A stretch of 64,000 nucleotides of DNA from NCBI GenBank assembly GCA_964439805.1, contig CAYTOI010000002.1, forward strand, positions 47,489 through 111,488. The letters run 5' to 3'. Shown piece after piece: positions 1 through 9,547 of this stretch. The notes under the pieces are model-generated. The model saw nothing but the letters and a program-made list of their open reading frames with translations, did no database searches and was not told where the DNA came from. The position numbers and the translations under genes are program-made. This DNA is from an uncultured Pseudomonadales bacterium (GTDB lineage: Bacteria > Patescibacteriota > Microgenomatia > UBA1400 > MFAQ01). Positions within the stretch are counted from its first letter, which is position 1. Every line of letters begins with the position of its first letter.

Positions 1-735
1 ACCATCTACCCAAAGACCCTGAAGTTTTTCTTTGGCACTTGGTTCCTCTACATTCATTGCGCTTCTTGAATTGTAATCGTCACTAGCTCCGCCAATTAGC
101 TTTGGTAAAAACGAAACAATATCATTATTTTTCTGCGACAAGAAAGTATTTTTCCAAACTAGGTTGTCCCAAGGCTTCGACACAGAGTTAGCGATCAAAA
201 AGTTCTCTGTAGGCATCAAGTCTTTTACAGATGGGGCAATTCTCCTTACTGCTTCAATTTTTGTTTCACCAATTTTTCTATTTACTTCCGACGCTATTTC
301 TAGCAGAGTTTTTTGCCACCAGACACTTTCGCCAGCTGAGGCGCCTTCCCAAATATTGTAGGCGTCTACGATACCTTTGTTTGGCGAACCAGCCATAATA
401 ACCTTCGATACATTTTGGTTATTGAATTTTTGCAAATAAGTTCTGGCTACAAGTCCGCCCATGCTATGACCAACTAAATTTATTTTCTTGTCTGCTAAGT
501 TATTTGCGACAATAAAACCATTTAAGTCACTAGCTAAGTCGTCTAAACTTTTCCTCCAGTCATAAGGGAAAACATAAAAATCTTTATTCACCTCGTAGTT
601 CGCTGCCTTGAGAGAATTAATAACTCCGTCATATTCTTTTACAAACAATGGTACTTGCCAGTTGCTGCCACTGGTACCACCCAAAACTGCTTCTACATTC
701 CAGCTCCCCCCAAGGAGGTGTACATTGTTACAACA
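1..735 (-). CDS. LCAT-like alpha/beta-hydrolase lipase, 3'-truncated at window edge (putative C-terminal body of a split gene)
   Basis: Minus-strand frame open from stop (736-738) to window start; absent from the ORF track because it runs off the edge. Translation contains FPYDWRKS, nucleophile elbow NLVGHSMGG (~455-480) and VIMAGSPNKG: LCAT/PF02450-type lipase signatures. No in-frame ATG at the 5' end (possible TTG at 684). Confidence 0.6.
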
Positions 736-821
736 TTAAATATATTGTTAGAGTTGTGGTGAGTCGGGTAGAGTATCAACGAGTAAGAATGGAGGGGTCG
801 AGGTACTTCCACCGATAAGGG

Positions 822-1295
822 TTATTTTGAGTTTTTCCCGTTTAGAATATCATCAATTATCTTGTTTCCAGTGTTGCTTACTTGACCAGGTCTTGAACTA
901 AATATTTTTGTAAAGTCTATTGGTTTACTTGGAGGAGTCTGTAGATATGGTAAGAGTCTGTTGATTGGAGTCATTGTAATTGGTGGCAAAGTTCCTGGCT
1001 TGATTTTTAGTGTTAAACTCCCCTTGATTTTTTTATTTATCCACTCCCAAGCATCTTTATTCAATACTCCATTGAAATCATTCATATCGACCTTCATTAT
1101 TAAAAACGATAGTCCTTTGCACCGAGCAATAATGGTATCTGCAAGATACTTCGAAGAGGCGTTGGTTTGGACAATATAAGTATTGGGGAGATAGTGCCAC
1201 CAGTCATCTATTGTGGCCGTTGTTGTAATGGCGCTATGAAATACTGACGGTTCAATACCTTGGGTGTCGTTGTAGGTAATTAAATAAAACTTCAT
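822..1295 (-). CDS. hypothetical protein (157 aa)
   Basis: ORF; 4-nt overlap (ATGA) with upstream gene, part of minus-strand operon. No recognisable motifs. Confidence 0.45.
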   Translation of the reverse strand: MKFYLITYNDTQGIEPSVFHSAITTTATIDDWWHYLPNTYIVQTNASSKYLADTIIARCKGLSFLIMKVDMNDFNGVLNKDAWEWINKKIKGSLTLKIKPGTLPPITMTPINRLLPYLQTPPSKPIDFTKIFSSRPGQVSNTGNKIIDDILNGKNSK

Positions 1296-1711
1296 ATTTT
1301 TACCTCCTTTCCTGATACTGGCTCAACTTCATAGGTTAGCGACTTTGGAATATTCTTTATAGTCGGTTGGTAAAATTCTGTTTGGGTAGGCAATTCCATT
1401 AAACCAGAAGTTTTATTCCCAAGCTGGATTTTTTGAAGTTGAATCCAATACTTATCTTCTCTGAACATATCTTTGTGATAAATTGCCAAATAACCCATGA
1501 ACCCTGAAATTCCAGCACAAAAAACCAGAAAGGAACAAAAAGCGTATAGCGGATAACCGAAGAAGGCAAAAAGTACAAGAAAAAACCCGATTATCTGTAG
1601 CAAATAAAGAAAATGTTTTGCGCCACTACTTTGTGAGACAAATTGTAAAATTTGTCCTGCCACTCGCATTATGGTCGAATCTCTATTGTCTGGCATATTA
1701 TCTATGCCCAT
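1292..1711 (-). CDS. hypothetical membrane protein (139 aa, 2-3 TM helices)
   Basis: ORF with hydrophobic segments (LYLLQIIGFFLVLFAFFGYPLYAFCSFLVFCAGISGF); operon context. Confidence 0.45.
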   Translation of the reverse strand: MGIDNMPDNRDSTIMRVAGQILQFVSQSSGAKHFLYLLQIIGFFLVLFAFFGYPLYAFCSFLVFCAGISGFMGYLAIYHKDMFREDKYWIQLQKIQLGNKTSGLMELPTQTEFYQPTIKNIPKSLTYEVEPVSGKEVKI

Positions 1712-1721
1712 ATTTTACACC

Positions 1722-2135
1722 CTACCTCACCGCATTATATTCAACCGCGCATTTCCAAGAACAACAAGCTTCTCCTGCTGGACATGGCTTGCCACATACT
1801 CTACATTTTCCAGGTACAAACTTTTTAACCATCTTTCTATTCGATTCTCTACACACTACACTGCAATATCTAGTTTTTGGATAACCCAAGAAATTTCCGC
1901 CACAAGCCTTACATGTTAACCGCGAAGCATGTTCTCCCAAGCTCTCCAACTTACAACTATTTGAGCAATAACTTTTTTGGTCTTCCTTTAATTTCTTACC
2001 GCAAAACTTACAAACCTTTTCTATTTCTTTTGGTTTGGGCGCTGGGGGATTTAAAAAATCATGTTCGCATTTTGGGCTACAGAATCGCCCCGAACCATAG
2101 AAAAAACTAGAACAATAAGTGCAACTGCCCCACAT
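1722..2135 (-). CDS. Cys-rich protein with four tandem zinc-ribbon-like repeats (137 aa)
   Basis: Repeated C-x2-C...C-x3/4-C units (CxxCxxK...YCSxxC) four times; no family assignment. Confidence 0.45.
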   Translation of the reverse strand: MWGSCTYCSSFFYGSGRFCSPKCEHDFLNPPAPKPKEIEKVCKFCGKKLKEDQKSYCSNSCKLESLGEHASRLTCKACGGNFLGYPKTRYCSVVCRESNRKMVKKFVPGKCRVCGKPCPAGEACCSWKCAVEYNAVR

Positions 2136-2320
2136 AGTTATTTATTGGACTGTTTCTTTATCGCTGGTCGGTTCTTACTGTATCCAAGATTAAAAGCTGG
2201 TTTGTCTTTATCTTGCAACATTGGAATAGGAGCTTTGTTTATTGAGCCTTGTGGTGGCAAGCTTCCCATTTGGTAACCTTGATTTTTTTTGGTTTCAAAA
2301 GTCATTTTGTATTTAAATAA

Positions 2321-2740
2321 TTAGTAAAGTAGGTCATCTTCGAGTTGACCTTGTAGTTTTTCTAAGCGTTCCTCTTTGGTTTGCCAACCACGAACTCTAC
2401 TTTTTTCCAAAGCTTCCTCTGTCTTTTTTTGAGCCTCAACTACTCCAGCCCAATACTTTCCTTTTTCGTCGAATGTCATTGCTGGCATTTCAGAAGCGGC
2501 ACTCACGCGCTCAATTAATTCTGAGTGTGCTTGGGTGTACCCTTTCACCTTCATTTCTTGAAGCGTTTTTTGTTGGTTCGCCTCAAGAACTGGCTTCCAG
2601 TTATCGAAAGCGGGTCCAATTCCAACTTCTAAATCCTTTTGAGCTTTGTCCATAGCAATGGCATTGTTTAAGCGCTCTATAAAAGAGGGGTTGGTAGATG
2701 ATGTTTTGTATGCGACATCGCGCATTATTGGTCTGTTCAT
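2321..2740 (-). CDS. hypothetical protein (139 aa)
   Basis: ORF in minus-strand operon; start codon directly abuts stop of the 47-aa ORF upstream (TAAATG). Confidence 0.45.
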   Translation of the reverse strand: MNRPIMRDVAYKTSSTNPSFIERLNNAIAMDKAQKDLEVGIGPAFDNWKPVLEANQQKTLQEMKVKGYTQAHSELIERVSAASEMPAMTFDEKGKYWAGVVEAQKKTEEALEKSRVRGWQTKEERLEKLQGQLEDDLLY

Positions 2741-2884
2741 TTATTTAACTTTCTTGTTGTTATTAACTCCACTCGCTATTCTTCTAGCTCTTACAGGGTT
2801 AAATCCGCGAGCTAATAATTCAGCAAGTTTCTTAATAAACTTTTCCCCTTTACCCTGGGGACCAGGAATGTCGTTGTATGCCAT
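2741..2884 (-). CDS. small basic protein (47 aa), unlisted ORF
   Basis: ATG at 2884 two nt after the stop of the 1049-aa gene; stop TAA (2741-2743) immediately followed by the ATG of the next gene. MAYNDIPGPQGKGEKFIKKLAELLARGFNPVRARRIASGVNNNKKVK. Fills an otherwise empty gap in a tightly coupled operon. Confidence 0.35.
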   Translation of the reverse strand: MAYNDIPGPQGKGEKFIKKLAELLARGFNPVRARRIASGVNNNKKVK

Positions 2885-2886
2885 AG

Positions 2887-5800
2887 TTATAATTTTGTTT
2901 TAAATCCTTTTAGAAAATCGCTGGAGTCGTATTCCTCAAGAAGGGACTTGGGAAGTTTGCCTACTTTGGGAGCAATTATTTTTCTAGGAGCGGAAGCCTT
3001 AATGGGTGAGACTGAGATTTTTCTTATTGCGGGTGACTTGGTTCCAGAACTAACCTTCTTGCCTTTGGTTGCTGATATGACCTTGTTAAATGCTTTCTGT
3101 TGGTTCTCAGTGATAAAACCATCATCTAGCCACTTAGCTGTAACTCCTGTGGTTAAAACCTCGGACTCAGCAAGTTTATAAACTGTCTGGGCGTATTGTT
3201 GTTCTGTCATTCCTGAAAGGAAGTTCACCAAGTAGTTTCCACGACTGCCACTATCGACAGGAAGTGTCTTCATCATTTTCAAAGAACTTTCTTCGTAATT
3301 TGGCAAGCCTCTTTTTTGTAGAACTAACTCAATTTTGTCTTTAGATAGTCCAGACTGAAAAATTTGCTTTATTTCGTTAACTTGGTCTGAGACCTGTGTT
3401 TGTTTGTCCAAAGTGTCCAACAGTAAATCACCTCTTGAGGTACTAGTTTTTTTAGTTGTACCAAAAACTTTCTCCTTTAATAAATCGAAGAGGTTAAAAC
3501 TTTGCTGGCCAGAAATATCTTTTTTCAATGACTCCGCTTGTGTTCTGCCTTGTGTTGCTGTGGCATACGCGTCTTCTGGTTTTATTCCAGCGGAAACAAG
3601 TGACCTGTAAATGTCGGATTGGTTAACACCTAATGGATTTGGTTTATCAAAATACTTTTTGGCATTTTCTCCAACTGTAGGACCAAACATAATATCTTGC
3701 ACAGCGTTACCGCTCGGATACTTAAGGTTTCCTGTGGTTGGTGAGTACACTCCGCCTTGGAGCTGGCTTTGTAGGCCATTGTAGGACTTCAATATTTGGC
3801 CTCCTGCGGGGATGTATGACATTCCGCCTTTGAGAATGTCTTTTGGTCCATTTTCGTTACCTGTTGCTGTTTCAATAATTCCCTTTGGAAGTTGTAGGGT
3901 TGGTGGCGTTGTAGATATTCCAGAATTAAAAGGAATCATATTGTCCCACTCCATTCCTACAGCTTTTCCAATTGTTGAGGTGAACAATAAGGAAGCACCT
4001 ATATAGCGAAGTAGACCAGCAAAATCTTTTTGTACTACTTTGTTTCCTAAAAACTCCACTTGTTTGACCCCGAAAGACTGGAATTGTAAAAGTGTTTTTG
4101 CAATATCGCTTTGTAAAGCTACAGGTGTGTCTATGGCTCCAAAATTAAACTGTGTCTTGCGGACAATAGACTTGGCGAATTCAATAGCTTTTTCCTCACT
4201 TATTCCTTTATCTATCGCTTGAGCTTTCGCGCCCCAATAAGCGGCGCCTCTATTTACTTTCTCAGCTAGGTTAAACATGTAAAACAATCCGTCGTCCAGT
4301 TTTTGTAAAGTTTTACGAGTGGCGTTTAGGGTTCTATCTTCAATAAAAGAATTTTTAAGAACTCCAACTTTTTCCAGCTCACTATCGGCACCCGTGACAA
4401 AGTTCTTTAAGTTCTTGGCGACCTGGGTATAACCTTTGAGAGTGTATTTTTCTCCTAGTTCTGCGTAGGTATTGGCTCCTTGAGACAGGTTACGAAGGGC
4501 ACTCGCTGGATTCAAGCCAATTAAACCCTTGTAGACGGCTTGTCTAGCTTTTTGGGTAATAGCAGTCGTTGGTCTTTGACCAAATTTATAGCCAATAGGA
4601 CTACTTTTTATCGTGTTGTCCAAGAGGTTATCAATATCGGTAGGACGCATTTGGACACGGTCAATAAAATTCTTTACATAATTAAACTGTGAAGTTTCTA
4701 GGTCGTCGGCTACAGTTTTAACTTTCTCAAGTGCAGGGTCCATCCAATACTTACGGACTGCTCTTTTTGTATAAGCGTCCAAAGCCTGCCAAGTGTCTTG
4801 TATGTAACCTTCAGCGTCACCGCGTTTTTGGAGGAAAGGGTCATAAGTAGAGCCCGCAACCTTGTCACGAATTAACTTCGCAAATTCTGGGTCAAACTCT
4901 TGCTCTACTTCACCTCTCTTAAAAATATGGGTAATGTAGTTTGAGAGTCTTTTGTCTTTTGGAAGTTTTAACTTCTCAGCCCAATCGGAAAGATAACCCT
5001 TGATTTCAGTAGCCACTTTCAACTCTGTCTTATCCAAAAACTTCTCAGGCGCTTTACCGTCTAGGTACTGGAAAATAAGTTTATTGCTTTCTGGTGAGAC
5101 TTGTTTACTCCACTCTGTAATTTTGCTAATTTCCTTTGGAAGTTCATCCAAATATGTATCGTGTGCCAAGCGAATACTTTGAAACTCTGGCTTAAGTCCC
5201 ATTTTGCTAAACACAGTTGAGGGAGTGCGAAGGTAGTCCAATAAATTTACTTTTGACTTAACACTAAGTCCTGCCTCATCCGCAAACTTTGTCGCCATGT
5301 TCTCAATTGTTTTACCTTCTATTTTCGCCCAAGCTTTACTTGCTGGCATTTCTATCATTTCTTTTTCTGAAAATTTACCAGCTAAATAACTCAATCTCTT
5401 TTGAGGGTCTAAGCTTCTAAATGCTTTTTGTAACTTTGTAAATGGTCCAGCTTCACCCTCCAATTTACTTGCAAGTACTTGGGCGCCTTTCTTGATTAAG
5501 GGACTGGCTTTTGCACCAATATCCTCAATAGGGGCAGTCATACCCATAATCATTCCCGACATTCTGTTAAAGTCTTCTTTTTGTAAACTCTTTATATCTT
5601 GAGGTGTAGCTTTGTCATTGTAAAAATTTTCTGTAGCGGTTCTTGTCTCATCTGAAGGGCTCAACATGGTTTTAAATAGACCGCCAAAAACTGGTGTTTT
5701 GAAAATTGTGTTTTTTTTAAAATTCTCAATTGCTGGTGAGGCTTTAACTGGTGCACCATATAAACCAACCTTTCTAGCTTTTTCGGAATCTGAAATATAT

Positions 5801-6036
5801 TGGTCAAATTGTTGCTGTAAACCTTGGAAGGCTTTTGACAAATCGACTTTAAAAGTAGGCTTTTGGACTGTGTCCAAGTTTTTGACTATTTCACGAGTTG
5901 ATAAATTGCTTGGTCTGTAAGTAGATAACTCAGCGTTTAACTGGGCGTTTCTGTATGGGTCAATTGTTTTTTGTGGAGTGGGAGCGGGGTTTACGAACTC
6001 TTTGACCTTCTGGACGATGGCCTTAAAAATATTCAT
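2887..6036 (-). CDS. large hypothetical protein (1049 aa), element-encoded; possible virion/structural or DNA-delivery protein
   Basis: Uninterrupted 3.15-kb ORF, mostly soluble, Lys-rich C-terminal tail; start overlaps stop of upstream 405-aa gene (TAATG). No catalytic motif recognised by eye. Confidence 0.6.
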   Translation of the reverse strand: MNIFKAIVQKVKEFVNPAPTPQKTIDPYRNAQLNAELSTYRPSNLSTREIVKNLDTVQKPTFKVDLSKAFQGLQQQFDQYISDSEKARKVGLYGAPVKASPAIENFKKNTIFKTPVFGGLFKTMLSPSDETRTATENFYNDKATPQDIKSLQKEDFNRMSGMIMGMTAPIEDIGAKASPLIKKGAQVLASKLEGEAGPFTKLQKAFRSLDPQKRLSYLAGKFSEKEMIEMPASKAWAKIEGKTIENMATKFADEAGLSVKSKVNLLDYLRTPSTVFSKMGLKPEFQSIRLAHDTYLDELPKEISKITEWSKQVSPESNKLIFQYLDGKAPEKFLDKTELKVATEIKGYLSDWAEKLKLPKDKRLSNYITHIFKRGEVEQEFDPEFAKLIRDKVAGSTYDPFLQKRGDAEGYIQDTWQALDAYTKRAVRKYWMDPALEKVKTVADDLETSQFNYVKNFIDRVQMRPTDIDNLLDNTIKSSPIGYKFGQRPTTAITQKARQAVYKGLIGLNPASALRNLSQGANTYAELGEKYTLKGYTQVAKNLKNFVTGADSELEKVGVLKNSFIEDRTLNATRKTLQKLDDGLFYMFNLAEKVNRGAAYWGAKAQAIDKGISEEKAIEFAKSIVRKTQFNFGAIDTPVALQSDIAKTLLQFQSFGVKQVEFLGNKVVQKDFAGLLRYIGASLLFTSTIGKAVGMEWDNMIPFNSGISTTPPTLQLPKGIIETATGNENGPKDILKGGMSYIPAGGQILKSYNGLQSQLQGGVYSPTTGNLKYPSGNAVQDIMFGPTVGENAKKYFDKPNPLGVNQSDIYRSLVSAGIKPEDAYATATQGRTQAESLKKDISGQQSFNLFDLLKEKVFGTTKKTSTSRGDLLLDTLDKQTQVSDQVNEIKQIFQSGLSKDKIELVLQKRGLPNYEESSLKMMKTLPVDSGSRGNYLVNFLSGMTEQQYAQTVYKLAESEVLTTGVTAKWLDDGFITENQQKAFNKVISATKGKKVSSGTKSPAIRKISVSPIKASAPRKIIAPKVGKLPKSLLEEYDSSDFLKGFKTKL

Positions 6037-7253
6037 TATGCGAATATGTCAAATAATTCGGTGAAGGTGTTTCCTTGTAACTCACTGTCACTTAGTAGAG
6101 TGCTCTTGCTGTCATAAGTTGTTCTTGTTGGAACTTGTGAGCTTTGGGAAGGTGCTTGGTTGTCGTATCCTGAAAACTGGACGTTGTTTATTTTTGGAAC
6201 TGAGAGAACAGTTTCAGCATTTTTTGCTAGATTGTTTTGTAGTTGAGTCTTTACTTGCTCGCGCCACATGTTTAGTTCTAGTTCTGCGGCGTATTTTTGA
6301 TTTGCTAAAGCTTGACTGTCGGCAAGCTGTTGTCTAAGAACGTCTACTTTGGCCGCTTGTCTTGCTGACTCAGTTTCAAACTTCCTTGCTTGTATTTCTG
6401 CTCTTTTTTGGTCGTATAAAGAATTTATTTTTTTAAGTTCTGTGGCTTGTGCCTTTTGTAGCTCAAATTTTTTATCGTTTACAAATTTGTTTGCATTATC
6501 GAAGTATTGGAACGCTTGAGTTATTCCCTCCATCATTGTTTTACGAAGTCCACCAGTACCGCGAAGCGTCTCTTGTCCAAGTAAATCACTAACCGCGGCT
6601 CCTGTTGAGCTTCCACCTCCGAAGCGGTTCATTGCTCCTTGTTTTAAGGTGTTGTACTCGCGAATGGCGTTACTGTAAGCTGAAGAGTATTGGTCTTGTA
6701 GAGTTTGCTGTGCGTTGTCTCTATTTTGGGCGTACTGTCCCAAACTTCTATCAAGTTCGTTTTGCGCTGATATTGAAGCGTTGTTTGCTTCCTCAATTGC
6801 AATAGGGCGTTGCTTTTCTAGTTCACCAAGATAGTTATCGTATGTTTGATTTAAGGGAGCATAAATGGAATCAATTTCACCGTTTAAGTTATTACCAGAT
6901 GAATTGCCAAGTTCTGCTTCGTATCTAGCTCTTTGGCTTGGGTCGTTAAGAATATTGTTGATGGTGTTCTGGTCATTAAAACCAAACTTACTTCTTAACA
7001 AATCAGCAGTTAACCCTCCCGAAGATTGTTGGGGTTGTGGTGTTGGAGTTGAGCTATAAGTTTTTTGTACAGAATTAACAAGAGGTTTAATTGTTGTATT
7101 GTTTGGTTGAGTTATGGGAAGAGTGCTGTAGTCTGGTGGATTGTTAGTCACTGTTCTAGCGAATTCCGCTTGTCGAACCGTCGAAGAATTCATAATGGAA
7201 TCCCAAGTCTTTTGGAAAATGTTTCTTGTATCGGGCAGGATTGAATCTGGCAT
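6036..7253 (-). CDS. Q/N-rich coiled-coil protein (405 aa); scaffold/tape-measure-like
   Basis: Long predicted coiled-coil segments, low-complexity S/T/Q/N N-terminus; first gene of the operon. Confidence 0.55.
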   Translation of the reverse strand: MPDSILPDTRNIFQKTWDSIMNSSTVRQAEFARTVTNNPPDYSTLPITQPNNTTIKPLVNSVQKTYSSTPTPQPQQSSGGLTADLLRSKFGFNDQNTINNILNDPSQRARYEAELGNSSGNNLNGEIDSIYAPLNQTYDNYLGELEKQRPIAIEEANNASISAQNELDRSLGQYAQNRDNAQQTLQDQYSSAYSNAIREYNTLKQGAMNRFGGGSSTGAAVSDLLGQETLRGTGGLRKTMMEGITQAFQYFDNANKFVNDKKFELQKAQATELKKINSLYDQKRAEIQARKFETESARQAAKVDVLRQQLADSQALANQKYAAELELNMWREQVKTQLQNNLAKNAETVLSVPKINNVQFSGYDNQAPSQSSQVPTRTTYDSKSTLLSDSELQGNTFTELFDIFA

Positions 7254-7292
7254 GTATGTTTTTTGTTTTTTTTAAATAATTAGTTAGTTGCA

Positions 7293-7308
7293 TGACCTCC
7301 GAAGAGGT
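7293..7308. promoter_or_regulatory. perfect palindrome GACCTCCGAAGAGGTC ~40 nt upstream of the operon start (candidate operator)
   Basis: 6-bp arms, 4-bp spacer, read directly; location between operon start (7253) and a hairpin at 7426-7448. Confidence 0.25.
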
Positions 7309-7421
7309 CGAAAATGTTTGAGCACTGCGCATAATCGAGGTGAAAAGTAAGAAAATCCTTGATTTACCGTTTAGAAGCTCGGTCAACTCCTTTCCAAAGT
7401 TGACCCAACCTCCAAATACAC

Positions 7422-7450
7422 AAAAAGACCCACTGTTTAAATGGGTCTTT
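7422..7450 (-). terminator. hairpin + U-run oriented for the minus strand (terminator/insulator or leader hairpin)
   Basis: AGACCCA-loop-TGGGTCT preceded on plus strand by AAAAA (U-run on minus transcript). Confidence 0.3.
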
Positions 7451-7610
7451 GAGTCGAAGAACAGTTGCAACTGTTTCTCAAACAATATCCTTATATCAAC
7501 AAACTACAGGATAAAAGTCAATAGGTAAATAGTCATAAATAAATTTAAATGACATCCTAGAGCATTGTAGTGGGTCAAAAATGAGTGATAATTTGGTGAA
7601 GGGGTAAAAT

Positions 7611-8162
7611 ATGGGTATGGAAGAAAACAAAACAATTCTTCACTTGTCAAAAACAGAAGTTGTAAGAAGAGAAATTGAAACAGCTATCGCAATGTTTTTT
7701 ACAGGTGGAGAACCTGTAGCTATACATTTAATTGCTCAATCTGCAAACGATATATTGACTAAGTTAGGAGGTAAGTCTTTTTATTCAGATATATCAAGTT
7801 ACATAAAGCCAGAACATCAAAAATGGTTTACAGATATAATCAGGAAACCAAACAATTTTTTTAAACACGTGTTGAGAGACGAAAACGAAGTATTAACCTT
7901 CAACCCCGAAGCAACAACCTTTATACTTTGGGACTGCGTTGAGATGTATAAAAAGTCTACTGGCGAAGTTACTGGAAAAATGACGGCATACCTCCTTTAC
8001 TTCTGGGCAAACAATCCTCAAATTATTGTAGAAAAAGAGCACCGAGACGAGTTTCAAAAGGCCATGGCTAATGGCCCAATATCAAAAGCAGAATTTCTTA
8101 AATTTGCCGATAACATGGAAAACTCGAGAATTACAGGAAGACTTATGCCCACAGGTATATAA
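7611..8162 (+). CDS. hypothetical protein (183 aa)
   Basis: ORF with GAAGGGG RBS 7 nt upstream. Confidence 0.5.
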   Translation: MGMEENKTILHLSKTEVVRREIETAIAMFFTGGEPVAIHLIAQSANDILTKLGGKSFYSDISSYIKPEHQKWFTDIIRKPNNFFKHVLRDENEVLTFNPEATTFILWDCVEMYKKSTGEVTGKMTAYLLYFWANNPQIIVEKEHRDEFQKAMANGPISKAEFLKFADNMENSRITGRLMPTGI

Positions 8163-8173
8163 TCCACCTCATA

Positions 8174-8632
8174 ATGAAGAAAATACTGCTTTCCTTGGTT
8201 TTTCTGCTCGTAAGTGCTTCGCCTGTATTCGCTCATCCTGGACGTACGGACTCAAGCGGTTGCCATGTTTGCAGAACAAACTGTGATAAATGGGGCGTTT
8301 CTTGGAATGTAAAACACTGTCATGGTGGCTCAGTTGCTCCAGTAGTAACAGCAAAACCTACTGTTAAGGCGACACCACTACCAACAAGAATCTACACACC
8401 AGCTCCTACAAAAATAGCTACTCCAACACTAACTAAATTGGTAACCCCTACACCTACACCAACCGCTACACCCACTCCTACAGTTGAGCCCACTGTAACA
8501 ACTACACTGACTCCAACAATTGAGGTTACAGCTATACCTACAAACACTCCAACACCCACCGTCTTGGGCACTAAGACGACTCAAGGGAGAGGCTTTTGGG
8601 GATGGTTATCAAGAATGTTTGGTGGTAAATGA
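8174..8632 (+). CDS. secreted Cys/His-rich protein with Thr/Pro-rich linker (152 aa)
   Basis: Signal peptide MKKILLSLVFLLVSASPVFA; HPGRTDSSGCHVCRTNCDKWGVSWNVKHCHGG module; (TPTPTPTATPTPT) linker. Confidence 0.55.
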   Translation: MKKILLSLVFLLVSASPVFAHPGRTDSSGCHVCRTNCDKWGVSWNVKHCHGGSVAPVVTAKPTVKATPLPTRIYTPAPTKIATPTLTKLVTPTPTPTATPTPTVEPTVTTTLTPTIEVTAIPTNTPTPTVLGTKTTQGRGFWGWLSRMFGGK

Positions 8633-8961
8633 AAAACATAATAGTTGTTTTGGGTATGTTAATGGTTGGGTTTGGATTTTATTGGACTCAGGTGAGACCA
8701 TCGCAAATAAAACATGACTGTTCTTGGAAAAAAGTTGTTGTTCCATACCAACCAGCAAAACCACCAATGACAGATGAAGAGTTGGTTAAACAAGGAATAA
8801 CCATAAACTGTACAGATGAAGGCAGTTCAATGGAAGACTTATTTTGTAAAAGTAGGTTAGAAATGTTTAGAAAAGGTTCTCCAGAAATACCTGCTTCTGA
8901 AAATTGGAAAAAGACCAACGACGTCGAGTATAAATTTTGTTTGAGAGATAAAGGGTTATAA
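8629..8961 (+). CDS. membrane-anchored small protein (110 aa)
   Basis: ATGA overlap with previous gene; N-terminal TM anchor, 4 Cys in ectodomain. Confidence 0.45.
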   Translation: MKNIIVVLGMLMVGFGFYWTQVRPSQIKHDCSWKKVVVPYQPAKPPMTDEELVKQGITINCTDEGSSMEDLFCKSRLEMFRKGSPEIPASENWKKTNDVEYKFCLRDKGL

Positions 8962-9059
8962 AAAACACACCCATTACACATTGATGAAAATATAAGTTTG
9001 TGCGAGAATAGTTCTCTCGACCTTTCGGTTGGGGTACCCTTAATTTAAGGAGATTCAAA

Positions 9060-9278
9060 ATGGCAGACGGCGATGAAGATGAGGCAGACAACACGCAAGT
9101 AACTTGGAACACGAACACAGAACAGGGCACAGGAAATGGGACTAACCAGACCACGACCTATGAACGCTCACTACCACAGGAAAACAGCAAGAACACTCAA
9201 ACGGGTGACCACAAGTTCTATGACCCCCGCAACCAGCGTTCTGGTGTAGCAGGCGGAAGCCGCAACGACGAAAATTAA
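9060..9278 (+). CDS. small acidic, low-complexity protein (72 aa)
   Basis: Strong SD (AAGGAG, 8 nt spacing), followed by intrinsic terminator; D/E/N/T/Q-rich (MADGDEDEADNTQVTWNTNTEQGTGNGTNQTTT...); locally GC-rich relative to surroundings. Confidence 0.5.
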   Translation: MADGDEDEADNTQVTWNTNTEQGTGNGTNQTTTYERSLPQENSKNTQTGDHKFYDPRNQRSGVAGGSRNDEN

Positions 9279-9286
9279 TTTGGTTT

Positions 9287-9313
9287 GGTGGGGTTTTATA
9301 CCCCACCTTTTTT
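9287..9313 (+). terminator. rho-independent terminator
   Basis: GGTGGGG-ttttata-CCCCACC followed by TTTTTT. Confidence 0.65.
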
Positions 9314-9547
9314 GTGGTCTATAATCTAGCTATGTCAGAAAAAATAGAAATTGATAAAACACTCACGCCAGAGAATGCAGTGGATAGAGGTCTAATGTGG
9401 GTCAAGGATGTAATTGTAGACAACGAAGCACCAGACGAAGCTATGCAGGATATTTTGGAGCTAATAAAAAATGGTGACGTTATTGGGCTACCGGCTGGAG
9501 AAAATGTAGAGAATAATTTATGTGGACTTTATAGAAAAATTTCCTAG
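9314..9547 (+). CDS. hypothetical protein (77 aa; alternative start 9332)
   Basis: ORF; TATAAT at 9321-9326 suggests short/leaderless transcript. Confidence 0.3.
   Translation: MVYNLAMSEKIEIDKTLTPENAVDRGLMWVKDVIVDNEAPDEAMQDILELIKNGDVIGLPAGENVENNLCGLYRKIS

Noticed and set aside
164-361. 65-aa plus-strand ORF at the window start
   Set aside because: Lies antisense within the much longer, motif-rich minus-strand lipase frame (GHSMGG, YDWR); almost certainly spurious.
2646-2903. 85-aa plus-strand ORF between operon genes
   Set aside because: Same interval is occupied on the minus strand by a 47-aa ORF whose start and stop are precisely coupled to flanking operon genes; the plus-strand ORF is hydrophobic junk with no RBS.
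7156-7485. 109-aa minus-strand ORF upstream of the 405-aa gene
   Set aside because: Overlaps the operon's first gene and its promoter/palindrome/hairpin region; no RBS; likely non-coding.
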